Shown here: positions 44,756 to 53,851 of the stretch, in pieces | Layout of the letters: each line of letters opens with the position of its first letter | Position numbering within the stretch: position 1 is the first letter of the stretch | Source: Bacteroidales bacterium | GTDB taxonomy: Bacteria; Bacteroidota; Bacteroidia; Bacteroidales; UBA12077 | Assembly: GCA_030611105.1 (NCBI GenBank) | Contig: JAUWQL010000002.1 | Location: forward strand, 6,192-70,191 | Reading direction: 5' to 3' | DNA: 64,000 bases | The notes under the pieces: generated by a model | Told to the model about the DNA's origin: nothing | Seen by the model: only the letters and a program-made list of their open reading frames with translations | Databases searched by the model: none | Made by a program: the position numbers and the translations under genes

Positions 44756-47566
44756 ATGTATTTAAAAAATTTATTTTTCGTATTATTCCTGTTTATTTCG
44801 GTAAATGTACAAGCTGTTAATCAAACCCCTGACAGTCTTGAAAACATTAAAATACTGGAAAAAGCAGAATTATTCTATAACAAAGGTTTAGCATTTGGAA
44901 AAAACGGGAAACTTGATAGTGCCTTATACTATACACAAAATGCAGTTTTATTATATGAAAGTATTCAACAAACAGATAGTACTTTTTTAGCCAATTCATA
45001 CCAAAACCTTGGAATTATAAATAAATTATTGGGGAAATACAATGATGCAATTAACTGTTATAATAAAGCTGAAGAAATATATAAATTAAATTCCAACCTG
45101 TCGTTACTAGCCTATGTTTATGGAAATAAAGCCAACATTTTTTATATACAACAAGATTATTCCAAAGCAAAAGATTTCCACTTCAGGGCAATAAATATAT
45201 TTAATAGGGATTCTTTGAAATATAATAATCAATTGGCATCGACTTATAACAATCTTGGAATTATTTTTAGGAAAAATAATGATTTTGAAAATGCGATTAA
45301 ATATTATACTATCAGTCTAAGGTTAAAAGAAAACAGTAGTTATTTATATATTACAATAGGTAATTTAGCTATTTGTTACGAAAAGATAAATAATTTTAAA
45401 AAAGCAGAAAATTATTATATACAAGCAATTGAAATATCTGAAATTCTATATGGTTTAGAAAATAATAGAGTAGCATTACAGTATATGAATTATGGAGATT
45501 TTATTTCAAAACAATTAAATGATAATGAAAATGCACTTAATTATTTTAATAAAGCGTTAAATATTTATAAGAATAACTTTGGAGAAAATCACCCGGATTT
45601 ATCAATGTGTTACAATAAAGTTGGAGAATTTTATCTAACCAATAACCAAACCGACAGCGCCCTATTCTATTTTCAGAAATCGTTAATTGCCTTATCGCCG
45701 GAATTTAATGATACCAATCTAAATTCGAATCCTGAAATTAACCAGGTTCTCTCTAAAACACATTTATTGAGTTCTCTAAAAAACAAGGCTTATGCTCTTT
45801 CAAGATCGGGAACGCAAAACAAAAATATAAGTAATTATAAACTAAGTTTAGTTACTTACGATCGGGCAACAGAAGCCATTAATCTGATTAGGTCAGGGTA
45901 TTTAAACGAAGAGAGTAAATTATTTCTGGCCGATAATGAGTTTGAGACATTTTCGAATGCTTTACAAACAAGTTACGAATTATATAAATTAACTAATGAA
46001 CAAAAATACCTTGAAAAGGCCTTCAATTATAGTGAAGCCGGTAAATCAGCAATTTTAACTGAAGCTTTAAAAAATACTCATGCCTTAAATATTGGTGGTA
46101 TCCCAGACTCGTTAATCAATAAGGAAAAACAACTTGAAAAATCTATCTGGACTTACGAAGAACTGATATATGAAGAAAATAAGAAAAAGAATCCTGACCA
46201 AAATAAATTAGAATACTGGCATAAATACCTTTTCGAGAAAAAACAAGAATTTAATAAGCTTGCAGTTTATCTTGAAAATAATTTTCAAAAATATCATTCA
46301 TTAAAATATGTACAGAATACATTAAAGATTGAAGATATACAGAAAAAATTAAGCCGAAAAGATTTACTAATAGAGTATTTTTTAACCGATGATAAAATTT
46401 ACACGATTTTAATTGGCAAAACAAAATCAGATATTTTTGAACAAAACATAGATCAGTCATTCCATTATCATCTGGATAACTTATTACAATCTTTATCGAA
46501 CAATAATTTTTCAAATCATGGTTTTGAGGAATTCAAACAATACCAGGAATCATCATTTTTTATTTACAAGCAATTGCTTAAACCAATCGAAAATAGAATA
46601 ATCAATAAAAATTTAATTCTAATTCCTGATGGGAAACTGGCATACTTGCCATTTGAAGTATTAACCACTGAAAATATTTCGTTTAAACGTATAAATTATA
46701 AGGCTTTGCCATATTTATTGTATAGTAATCGTTTTAGCTATTCGTATTCAGCTACATTTTTATTTGAAAATAGTGATGTTACTAAAAGAGCCGATAAAAA
46801 ACTAGGGGCATTTGCTCCAACATATGATAATATTGACGGGTTACAAGGTGAGTTCTCTTCATTTCGTCAGGAATACCGGGAAAGACTATTTCCGTTAAAA
46901 GGCATTAAAGATGAAGTTCAAAAAGTATCAGAACTTATTGATGGTGATCTGTACCTGGATTTTGATGCCAGTGAAAGAACTTTTAAAAAAGTGGCTTCTC
47001 AATATGATATTCTTCATTTGGCTATGCATACTATAATGGATGATCAGAATCCGATGTATTCGAAAATGGCGTTTACGCAAAATGAAGACAGCATTGAAGA
47101 CGGTTTTCTGAACACTTACGAATTATATAATATGAAATTAAATAGCCGTATGGCTGTTTTAAGCTCGTGTAATAGCGGAAGTGGTAAATTACACCGTGGC
47201 GAGGGCGTGATGAGTATGGCCAGAGGTTTTATATATTCAGGTTGTCCTTCGATAATAATGACACTTTGGTCGGTAGAGGACAAATCGGGGGTTAAATTAA
47301 TGACATCTTTTTATGAAAATCTGCTAAAAGGCAAAACAAAATCTGAATCTCTTCAAAAGTCAAAAATAGATTTTATCAATAATGCTGACCAGTTAAAAGC
47401 TCACCCTTACTTTTGGTCGGGTTATGTTGTTATCGGAAATAATAATGCATTATTTACTTCTTATAAAAAGCATTTTATTTATGCCGGAATTATTTTGCTC
47501 CTTTTAACAATCGGAATATTGCTTTTGGTTAAAAACAAGAAAACTAATAAAGAATCTTTAAAATAA
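44756..47566 (+). CDS. Exported TPR-repeat CHAT-domain (caspase-like) protease with C-terminal membrane anchor
   Basis: Signal peptide MYLKNLFFVLFLFISVNVQA. Many TPR units. CHAT His/Cys dyad contexts ILHLAMHT and VLSSCNSGSG. C-terminal TM IYAGIILLLLTIGILLLV. Confidence 0.9.
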   Translation: MYLKNLFFVLFLFISVNVQAVNQTPDSLENIKILEKAELFYNKGLAFGKNGKLDSALYYTQNAVLLYESIQQTDSTFLANSYQNLGIINKLLGKYNDAINCYNKAEEIYKLNSNLSLLAYVYGNKANIFYIQQDYSKAKDFHFRAINIFNRDSLKYNNQLASTYNNLGIIFRKNNDFENAIKYYTISLRLKENSSYLYITIGNLAICYEKINNFKKAENYYIQAIEISEILYGLENNRVALQYMNYGDFISKQLNDNENALNYFNKALNIYKNNFGENHPDLSMCYNKVGEFYLTNNQTDSALFYFQKSLIALSPEFNDTNLNSNPEINQVLSKTHLLSSLKNKAYALSRSGTQNKNISNYKLSLVTYDRATEAINLIRSGYLNEESKLFLADNEFETFSNALQTSYELYKLTNEQKYLEKAFNYSEAGKSAILTEALKNTHALNIGGIPDSLINKEKQLEKSIWTYEELIYEENKKKNPDQNKLEYWHKYLFEKKQEFNKLAVYLENNFQKYHSLKYVQNTLKIEDIQKKLSRKDLLIEYFLTDDKIYTILIGKTKSDIFEQNIDQSFHYHLDNLLQSLSNNNFSNHGFEEFKQYQESSFFIYKQLLKPIENRIINKNLILIPDGKLAYLPFEVLTTENISFKRINYKALPYLLYSNRFSYSYSATFLFENSDVTKRADKKLGAFAPTYDNIDGLQGEFSSFRQEYRERLFPLKGIKDEVQKVSELIDGDLYLDFDASERTFKKVASQYDILHLAMHTIMDDQNPMYSKMAFTQNEDSIEDGFLNTYELYNMKLNSRMAVLSSCNSGSGKLHRGEGVMSMARGFIYSGCPSIIMTLWSVEDKSGVKLMTSFYENLLKGKTKSESLQKSKIDFINNADQLKAHPYFWSGYVVIGNNNALFTSYKKHFIYAGIILLLLTIGILLLVKNKKTNKESLK

Positions 47567-48290
47567 ACTGTGCATCAGATTTCTGTATCATATTTTCTTC
47601 AACTATTTTTTTTAAGATATTTTCAGCACTAATCATTTCATTTTGTTTTAAATAAACAAGTGCCAGATACCAATGAGATTGTTCCCGGAAAATATGATTC
47701 TTTTTTAAAATCAGATCATTTAAATATTTTTCGGCTTCACTCAAATTATTTTTCTCAATTTCGCAAACAGACAAATAAAACTGGCTCATATAATTTGTGC
47801 TATCCTTTTCCAGTACCTGCTTAAAATACACAGAAGCCATTTCGTACTTTCCGTCATCATAATAATTAAATGCATCATATAATATCTTTTCAATTTCAGT
47901 TTGATCTACAGGAGATCTGAAACTCATAACTGCAGGATATGCAGAATAATAGGATTTAAAAACCTCATTCTTATCCATTTGTCCTAATGGGAAAATATAA
48001 ATATTTGCAATTACAACAATTAAAATAATAACAGCGGCAACAGCAGAATATATAAATGGATTTTTAATTTTTTTAGTTAAGGCAGGTTTGGTATTTATTA
48101 TTTCATCTAAATTATTTCTTAAACTTATAATATCATCTTCAATTATGGCTTCGTTAATATCTTTTCTAAGCAAAAATTCTTTCATCAGGTCAGGATTGCT
48201 TCTTAACGATTCTTCAAATTCTACTTGTTCCCTAACCGACATTTCATTCATCAAATATTTTTCTATCAAATCGAATTTATTCTCCATCAC
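47544..48290 (-). CDS. Anti-sigma-like single-pass membrane TPR protein
   Basis: N-terminus LIEKYLMNEMSVREQVEFEESLRSNPDL, a TM segment, then TPR repeats. 4-nt overlap with the upstream sigma gene. Confidence 0.6.
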   Translation of the reverse strand: MMENKFDLIEKYLMNEMSVREQVEFEESLRSNPDLMKEFLLRKDINEAIIEDDIISLRNNLDEIINTKPALTKKIKNPFIYSAVAAVIILIVVIANIYIFPLGQMDKNEVFKSYYSAYPAVMSFRSPVDQTEIEKILYDAFNYYDDGKYEMASVYFKQVLEKDSTNYMSQFYLSVCEIEKNNLSEAEKYLNDLILKKNHIFREQSHWYLALVYLKQNEMISAENILKKIVEENMIQKSDAQFILKILY

Positions 48291-48850
48291 TCATCTTTAT
48301 AATTCGGGTCACTCTTAATATATCGCACAAGTTGTTCTTTACATTTATATTTTTTGCGTTTTATATATATCATGCTATCAATCCCTAACTCTTCAGCTAT
48401 ATCTTTTAAAGGTACTTTTTTTAAAAATAATTTCAATAATTTCCGGCAATCTTTTTCAAGTCTTTTAAAATGTTTTTGATATAATTTATATTGTTCGTTT
48501 TTTTTATATTCATCTATCGTTATGTCAGGAATATTATCGTATTCAATATAAATATTCTGATTTTCGATATTTTCTTTCTGCTTCGATAATTGTTTTATCC
48601 AAATATATCGACAAACAGAGTATATATATGATTTAAACGAAGATGTAAGTTCAAAGTTACCTTCTTTAATTTTTCTATAAATAATTATTATACTGTCCTG
48701 AAATACATCCTTCGCATCCTGTACAGATCCCCTGTTATCTAATACAAATCTTTTTATGGTTGGAAAATATACTAAGTATATGCTTTTTAGAATTTGCTTA
48801 TCTTGTTTACGAATTCCTTCAACTATTATTTTATTATCTATTGATCTCAA
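48287..48850 (-). CDS. Sigma-70 family (ECF-like) sigma factor
   Basis: Region 2-like DVFQDSIIIIYRKI...YIYSVCRYIWIKQ and region 4-like LKDIAEELGIDSMIYIKRKKYKC. Confidence 0.75.
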   Translation of the reverse strand: MRSIDNKIIVEGIRKQDKQILKSIYLVYFPTIKRFVLDNRGSVQDAKDVFQDSIIIIYRKIKEGNFELTSSFKSYIYSVCRYIWIKQLSKQKENIENQNIYIEYDNIPDITIDEYKKNEQYKLYQKHFKRLEKDCRKLLKLFLKKVPLKDIAEELGIDSMIYIKRKKYKCKEQLVRYIKSDPNYKDE

Positions 48851-48901
48851 TTTAAAGAAAGGATATATATAATTTCAACCAAATCTAAAAAAATAAGATT
48901 A

Positions 48902-48940
48902 TAAAAAAAATAAAAAAAGGCCGTAAAGCTTTACGACCTT
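48902..48940 (-). terminator. Rho-independent terminator
   Basis: GGCCGTAAAG / CTTTACGACC stem (48919-48940) with a long U-run on the minus strand. Confidence 0.65.
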
Positions 48941-48963
48941 ATAAATAAACAGTTATGATTTTT

Positions 48964-49380
48964 TTAAATAGAATATAAATATTTTACAATTGTTTTATCC
49001 ATGATAACTAAAAGAATAACTCCAAATAAGGCTATTAATAAATAAGGCGATAAACTTAATTCGCTCCAAAATTTCGAAAAGAAATCAGCGAATGCGTTAA
49101 GATATGCCGGTGTTTGAAATCCATCGGAAACCTGAGAAAAATCCAATCCATGCTTTATAAAATAAAAGATAAAAAAACCAACTACCATAATACACATCGA
49201 TATAGCCAGCCAAATATTACTTTGTTTATCGTCATTAGTAATAAAACTAACCTTTATAGCCGGGTCTTTTAATATTCGGCTCATTACATTTTTTGTAAAA
49301 TCCGAACCAGGTTGCTGAACCTCTCCTTTACTAATTAACTTCTTAGTAAATTCATCGGTATTAAATTTATTATTATTCAT
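48964..49380 (-). CDS. Membrane protein, candidate anti-sigma factor
   Basis: Starts 2 nt after the ECF sigma stop. Two or three TM segments. Confidence 0.45.
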   Translation of the reverse strand: MNNNKFNTDEFTKKLISKGEVQQPGSDFTKNVMSRILKDPAIKVSFITNDDKQSNIWLAISMCIMVVGFFIFYFIKHGLDFSQVSDGFQTPAYLNAFADFFSKFWSELSLSPYLLIALFGVILLVIMDKTIVKYLYSI

Positions 49381-49381
49381 A

Positions 49382-49957
49382 TCACAGAATTGTTTTTACT
49401 TCATCTTTTAAAATTGTTTTTAGCTCATCGTAAAATCGCTTTCTTGCCCTATGCAATTTTACCTTTACATTTGAGAGTGTTAGTCCTGTAATTTCGCAAA
49501 TTTCTTCAATTGTATTTTCTTGTAAATAGTATAATGTTATTATTAAAGCATCATCTTCCTTTAACTTTTCAATTGTCTCATTAATGTATTTTTTTTGTTC
49601 ATTTCTGGTTAATTCGTTTATGGCATTATATGCTGAAACCACTTCGCTATCCGGCAATACTGTATCTTCAACATTATATACCTCAATCTGTTTTTTTCTT
49701 AATTTCGAAATTGCTCCATTATACGTTATCCTGTATAACCATGTTGAAAATTTAGATTCAAATTTAAAATCTTTCAACGAATTAAATGCCTTTACAAATG
49801 TATCCTGAGCCAACTCCTCAGCATCTTCCGAATTTTTCAACATTCTTAATGCGATTGTATATACCATACCTTTATATTCATCAACCAGGTATGTAAAAGC
49901 ATTAATATCACCTCTTAAAACGCGTTCGATATAGTATTTGTCTTGTTTCAATCCCAA
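49382..49957 (-). CDS. ECF-type RNA polymerase sigma factor
   Basis: AEELAQDTFVKAF, WLYRITYNGAISKLRK, and region 4 IEEICEITGLTLSNVKVKLHRAR. Confidence 0.85.
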   Translation of the reverse strand: MGLKQDKYYIERVLRGDINAFTYLVDEYKGMVYTIALRMLKNSEDAEELAQDTFVKAFNSLKDFKFESKFSTWLYRITYNGAISKLRKKQIEVYNVEDTVLPDSEVVSAYNAINELTRNEQKKYINETIEKLKEDDALIITLYYLQENTIEEICEITGLTLSNVKVKLHRARKRFYDELKTILKDEVKTIL

Positions 49958-50045
49958 TCTTTTTCAGTATGACGCTTATTAATCGTTTTAAGTTACAAAT
50001 AATATTTAAAATGATTAAAATACTTACAAAACATTTTAAACATTT

Positions 50046-50202
50046 ATGAATCCAGTCTAAAAAGTACGAAATATTTTGAAATGCTGAAAATAAGTTTTGC
50101 CCCTGCCCTAAAGGGAGACTGATTTTCAGCTACTTCTCCCTTTAGGGTTTGGGGCTAAAAGTAGTTGAAAATCAAATTTAAACCTTTTTAGACTGGATTC
50201 AT
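50046..50202. repeat. Structured MITE-like / ncRNA-like element bounded by 19-bp inverted repeats
   Basis: ATGAATCCAGTCTAAAAAG (50046-50064) pairs with CTTTTTAGACTGGATTCAT (50184-50202). Inner perfect 13-bp stem CCCTAAAGGGAGA (50106-50118) / TCTCCCTTTAGGG (50135-50147), flanked by GCCCC/GGGGC. Confidence 0.55.
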
Positions 50203-50298
50203 TTATAATTTTAAATTTTAGCTCATTCCTGCCAGCCGGCAGGCTGGTTAGACATTTATAATTTTAGTTCATTCCTGCCAGCCGGCAGGCTGGTTAGG
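50200..50298. repeat. Tandem direct repeat (53 + 46 nt), each unit carrying the GC-rich palindromic motif CCTGCCAGCCGGCAGGCTGG
   Basis: CATTCCTGCCAGCCGGCAGGCTGGTTA at 50224-50250 and 50270-50296. Units start with CATTTATAATTTTA. Confidence 0.7.
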
Positions 50299-50380
50299 CA
50301 TTTTTCACCGTAAAGTGTAACCCAATTTAAAAAGGTAGCGTCATAGCAATAAAACGATGTTAAACTAAAAACAATTTATT

Positions 50381-50710
50381 ATGAACGATTTAGAATTTTT
50401 AATACCAATAGCATTCTTCGCAGTAGTATATGGAATTTTTCAACTATATGTTAGAAGAAAAGAAAGATTAGCACTAATAGAGAAAGGTGTTACAGCAGCA
50501 ATATTTAATAGTGAATCAAATGTATCTCCAAGTTTAAAGTATGGTATATTTTGCATTGGAATTGCCATTGGATTCTTAATGGGTGCAATTTTAAATGAAA
50601 CAACTCATTTAGAAGAAGGAGTTGCATATCTTTCAATGATTTTCTTATTTGGTGGTATTGGATTAGTTGTATACTACTTTATAGCAAGAAAACATATTCG
50701 AAAAGAATAA
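50381..50710 (+). CDS. Small membrane protein (3 TM)
   Basis: Hydrophobic segments only; no motif recognised. Confidence 0.5.
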   Translation: MNDLEFLIPIAFFAVVYGIFQLYVRRKERLALIEKGVTAAIFNSESNVSPSLKYGIFCIGIAIGFLMGAILNETTHLEEGVAYLSMIFLFGGIGLVVYYFIARKHIRKE

Positions 50711-50751
50711 TTAATATCAAACTCGAACAATAAAAAACGTAATAGAGAGGA

Positions 50752-50789
50752 AACATCCGAAGTTTTCAAAACTTCGGATGTTTTATTTA
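50752..50789. terminator. Bidirectional Rho-independent terminator
   Basis: AACATCCGAAGTTTT / AAAACTTCGGATGTT, a perfect 14-15-bp stem followed by a T-run. Confidence 0.75.
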
Positions 50790-50880
50790 ATATCCATTAT
50801 CGAACACCTAATATTGAATTCATTATTCGATGTTTATTATTCATTATTATAAAAACTCTGGCAGGGTTGATAATCTGAAT

Positions 50881-52158
50881 TTATTCTTTTTCAGATTTTA
50901 ATAATATCATTTTAGCTATTGCGTTCTGGCAAACAGGGCAAAATCCTTCGGCTTCATTGGTTTTCATTCTGCAATCCATATAAGGACTATACATTCCCTC
51001 ACTTACATAGCCTCCTCCTTCGTAAACACCAATAGTTTTTTGGAATTGTTTTTCACGTGGTGTAGGAATTGGAGTATCTGTATTCAATAAAGATTTCCAT
51101 TTCGAATCGAAACTTACTAAAGTAGTTAAGTTTGGCTGCCATGGTTCAATTTCAAGATTGAAAAAATCGTTATATGCTGTCGATGAATTATAATATTCAT
51201 CACCCAGACCGGCAAATGAATGCCCAAGTTCGTGAATAAATACTTCGTTTGACAAAGCATGATCGACAGTGGAAATACAATAATGATTATATATTCCACC
51301 TCCACCATATTTTTCGGAATTCACAAGAATACATATATCATCGTAAGGTACTACAGAAGCAGCATCTCTAACAGCAAAAAAATCTTCGGTTGTTAAATAA
51401 CGTTCACTTCCAAATGTGTAAAAATTACTGTTTAATACTGTGTTTTTATAAATATCATGTCCCGGAATATCTGTTTCTGATTCCTCAGATTCTGACTTAA
51501 CCAACCAAATATTAAATTTTTCTTTATTGCTACTGTAAGGTTCAAATAAAAACATGTAATTTATTAATCGCTGAGCATCACTTTCAAATTTATCCATTTC
51601 ACTTAAAGTATAACCTTCGGCCAAAAATACTAAATCAACTTTGGTTGAAGGATCTCCATTATCGAGAATCTTTGTGTAAGGGAATTGAGCAATTTCAGAA
51701 TCTAAAGTGTATTCTTTGGTATTAATCTCATATTCAAAAATCTCTTCAAAATTACCTTCCCACGATCTGCTATAAATTTTTAAAATAACCGGGTTTTTAG
51801 GCAGCGGAAATAAAACTGTTTGATAAAACTCACGATAAACAGAATCGGCTTCTAGTGTGGTTTGCCACTCCTCAAATAAAGTACAAAATCCCTGAGAATA
51901 AATTATATTTTCTGTTTTCAAATCTGTAATTTCAAACTTATATTCGCCATAATTAAGCATGTTGTTTAAATTTGTTTTTGAACCTCCCCAGAAAGGTTCT
52001 TTGGAAATCTTAGCCAGTTTAATTTCTTCGTTATCTGCATTTCCATAAAAAACAAAATCTACCCGCATCGATTGTTCTTCAAAATATTGCTCGTATCCGG
52101 TCTTTTGTATACAAGACTGACTTATAAGTATTAAAAGAAAAAATAATAATGTTCTCAT
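50881..52158 (-). CDS. Peptidase M64 (IgA-peptidase-like) zinc metalloprotease lipoprotein
   Basis: ATG at 52158 (MRTLLFFLLILISQSC lipobox). HELGHSFAGLGDEY zinc motif. Confidence 0.85.
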   Translation of the reverse strand: MRTLLFFLLILISQSCIQKTGYEQYFEEQSMRVDFVFYGNADNEEIKLAKISKEPFWGGSKTNLNNMLNYGEYKFEITDLKTENIIYSQGFCTLFEEWQTTLEADSVYREFYQTVLFPLPKNPVILKIYSRSWEGNFEEIFEYEINTKEYTLDSEIAQFPYTKILDNGDPSTKVDLVFLAEGYTLSEMDKFESDAQRLINYMFLFEPYSSNKEKFNIWLVKSESEESETDIPGHDIYKNTVLNSNFYTFGSERYLTTEDFFAVRDAASVVPYDDICILVNSEKYGGGGIYNHYCISTVDHALSNEVFIHELGHSFAGLGDEYYNSSTAYNDFFNLEIEPWQPNLTTLVSFDSKWKSLLNTDTPIPTPREKQFQKTIGVYEGGGYVSEGMYSPYMDCRMKTNEAEGFCPVCQNAIAKMILLKSEKE

Positions 52159-52218
52159 GTCAAACCTTTTTAATTTGTTAAATTTACAAAAAATCATTTA
52201 TAATAATATTCTTTGACT

Positions 52219-53481
52219 ATGAATACAACGATTGGATTAAAACTAAAGGAATTACTTATTAACTGGGGATTCTCGGAACAATACGCATCACTAACAAAAT
52301 CTGCAATCATCGTTTTACTCATTTTAATATTGGCTTTTATCGCGTATTTCGTAACCAATAAAATATTATTCAGAATTGTTCGTAAGTTGGTTCAAAAAAC
52401 AAAATATACCTGGGATGATATTATTTTTCAGCAAAAAGTATTTAAAAGATTATCACACCTGGTACCGGCAATTATAATTTACTATTTTGCCGAAATTGGA
52501 TTGGCAGATTTCCCTGAAACCGCATCTCTTGTGCAATCTGTCACATACATTTATATGATTTTTGCAAGTATGCTGGTTCTTGATGCATTTTTAGATGCCT
52601 TACATTCTGCATACCTGACTCTTTCAATTTCTCAAGAACGGCCAATTAAAGGATATATTCAAAGTGTTAAAATTATAATTTATGCCTTTGGTATCATTTT
52701 TATTTTATCTGTAATACTAGGTAAATCACCGCTAAAATTGTTCGCAAGTTTAGGAGCAGTTGCAGCCATTCTGATTTTAGTTTTTAAAGATACCATTTTA
52801 GGATTCGTTTCAGGCATTCAACTTTCTGCAAATCAAATGGTAAAACCCGGCGACTGGATTTCTATGCCAAGCAGAAATGCCGATGGAACAGTATTGGAAA
52901 TTACGCTTAATACAGTAAAAGTCCAAAATTGGGATAAAACCATATCTACGATTCCAACATATGCATTAATATCAGAATCTTTCCAAAACTGGAAAGGGAT
53001 GGAAGATTCGAAAGGAAGACGAATTAAACGATCGCTATATGTTGATATTAAGACAGTGAAATTTTGCGATACTGAAATGTTAAATCGCTTCAAAAAGATA
53101 AAATTAATCCGGGATTATATTGAAATGAAGCAAGAAAATATTGCAAAATACAACATCGAGAAAGGTATTGAAAATGACAAGGCAAGCAGGCGAAATTTAA
53201 CTAATTTAGGAGTATTCAGGATATATATTGAAAAATACCTGGAACAACATCCTAATATCTATCCAAATATACCACCCTATACAACAATGGTTAGGCACCT
53301 TGACCCAACTGAAAAAGGGATTCCAATCCAGATATATGCATTTAGTAAAATTCAGGGCTGGGTGGAATATGAAAAGGTACAAGCTGATATATTTGATCAT
53401 ATATTAGCTGTAATATCTGAATTTGAGTTAAGTATTTTCCAAAATCCCACCGGTGATGATTTCAGACAATTAACAAATTAA
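52219..53481 (+). CDS. Mechanosensitive ion channel family protein (MscS-like)
   Basis: N-terminal TM segments. Core ILGFVSGIQLSANQMVKPGDWI...GTVLEITLNTVKVQNWD. Confidence 0.85.
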   Translation: MNTTIGLKLKELLINWGFSEQYASLTKSAIIVLLILILAFIAYFVTNKILFRIVRKLVQKTKYTWDDIIFQQKVFKRLSHLVPAIIIYYFAEIGLADFPETASLVQSVTYIYMIFASMLVLDAFLDALHSAYLTLSISQERPIKGYIQSVKIIIYAFGIIFILSVILGKSPLKLFASLGAVAAILILVFKDTILGFVSGIQLSANQMVKPGDWISMPSRNADGTVLEITLNTVKVQNWDKTISTIPTYALISESFQNWKGMEDSKGRRIKRSLYVDIKTVKFCDTEMLNRFKKIKLIRDYIEMKQENIAKYNIEKGIENDKASRRNLTNLGVFRIYIEKYLEQHPNIYPNIPPYTTMVRHLDPTEKGIPIQIYAFSKIQGWVEYEKVQADIFDHILAVISEFELSIFQNPTGDDFRQLTN

Positions 53482-53483
53482 TA

Positions 53484-53822
53484 ATGAGATTCATTATTCT
53501 ACTAAATATAATTGTACTCTTATCGATTAGTAAAATCCATGCGCAAAAGGTTTATTCTGCAAACTATGATTACCAGGCAGATGTAAAAGTGTATATCACT
53601 AATTATGATTATCAGGCCGATTTGTTAGTTTATAAAGTAAAATACGACTATCAGGCAAAAGAAAATAAAGGCTTATGGTTTTTTACAAAATATGATTATC
53701 AAGCTGATAAAAAATTATTTTTCACCAATTACGATTATCAGGCTGATTTGAAAATCTTTTTTGTGGATTATGACTATCAAGCCAGGTGGAGAAATTCTGA
53801 AAAGAAACATTTGTTGTTTTAA
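53484..53822 (+). CDS. Secreted small repeat protein with six YDYQA(D/K/R) units
   Basis: Signal peptide, then ANYDYQADVKVYI / TNYDYQADLLVYK / VKYDYQAKENKGLWFF / TKYDYQADKKLFF / TNYDYQADLKIFF / VDYDYQARWRN. Confidence 0.6.
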   Translation: MRFIILLNIIVLLSISKIHAQKVYSANYDYQADVKVYITNYDYQADLLVYKVKYDYQAKENKGLWFFTKYDYQADKKLFFTNYDYQADLKIFFVDYDYQARWRNSEKKHLLF

Positions 53823-53851
53823 CCACACAGTTAGGAAATTATGTTAAATAT

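Noticed and set aside
44691-44756. 21-codon upstream ORF (MKSLKTQKIIFRNAIKYRIRK) ending in TAATG that overlaps the CHAT start codon.
   Set aside because: The TAATG junction is reminiscent of translational coupling. However, a 22-codon open frame is easily produced by chance, and nothing else supports it. It would need ribosome profiling or conservation evidence.
50200-50298. Tandem repeats considered as a CRISPR array.
   Set aside because: There are only two contiguous units with no unique spacers between them. No cas genes are in the window. The repeat contains a dispersed REP-like motif.
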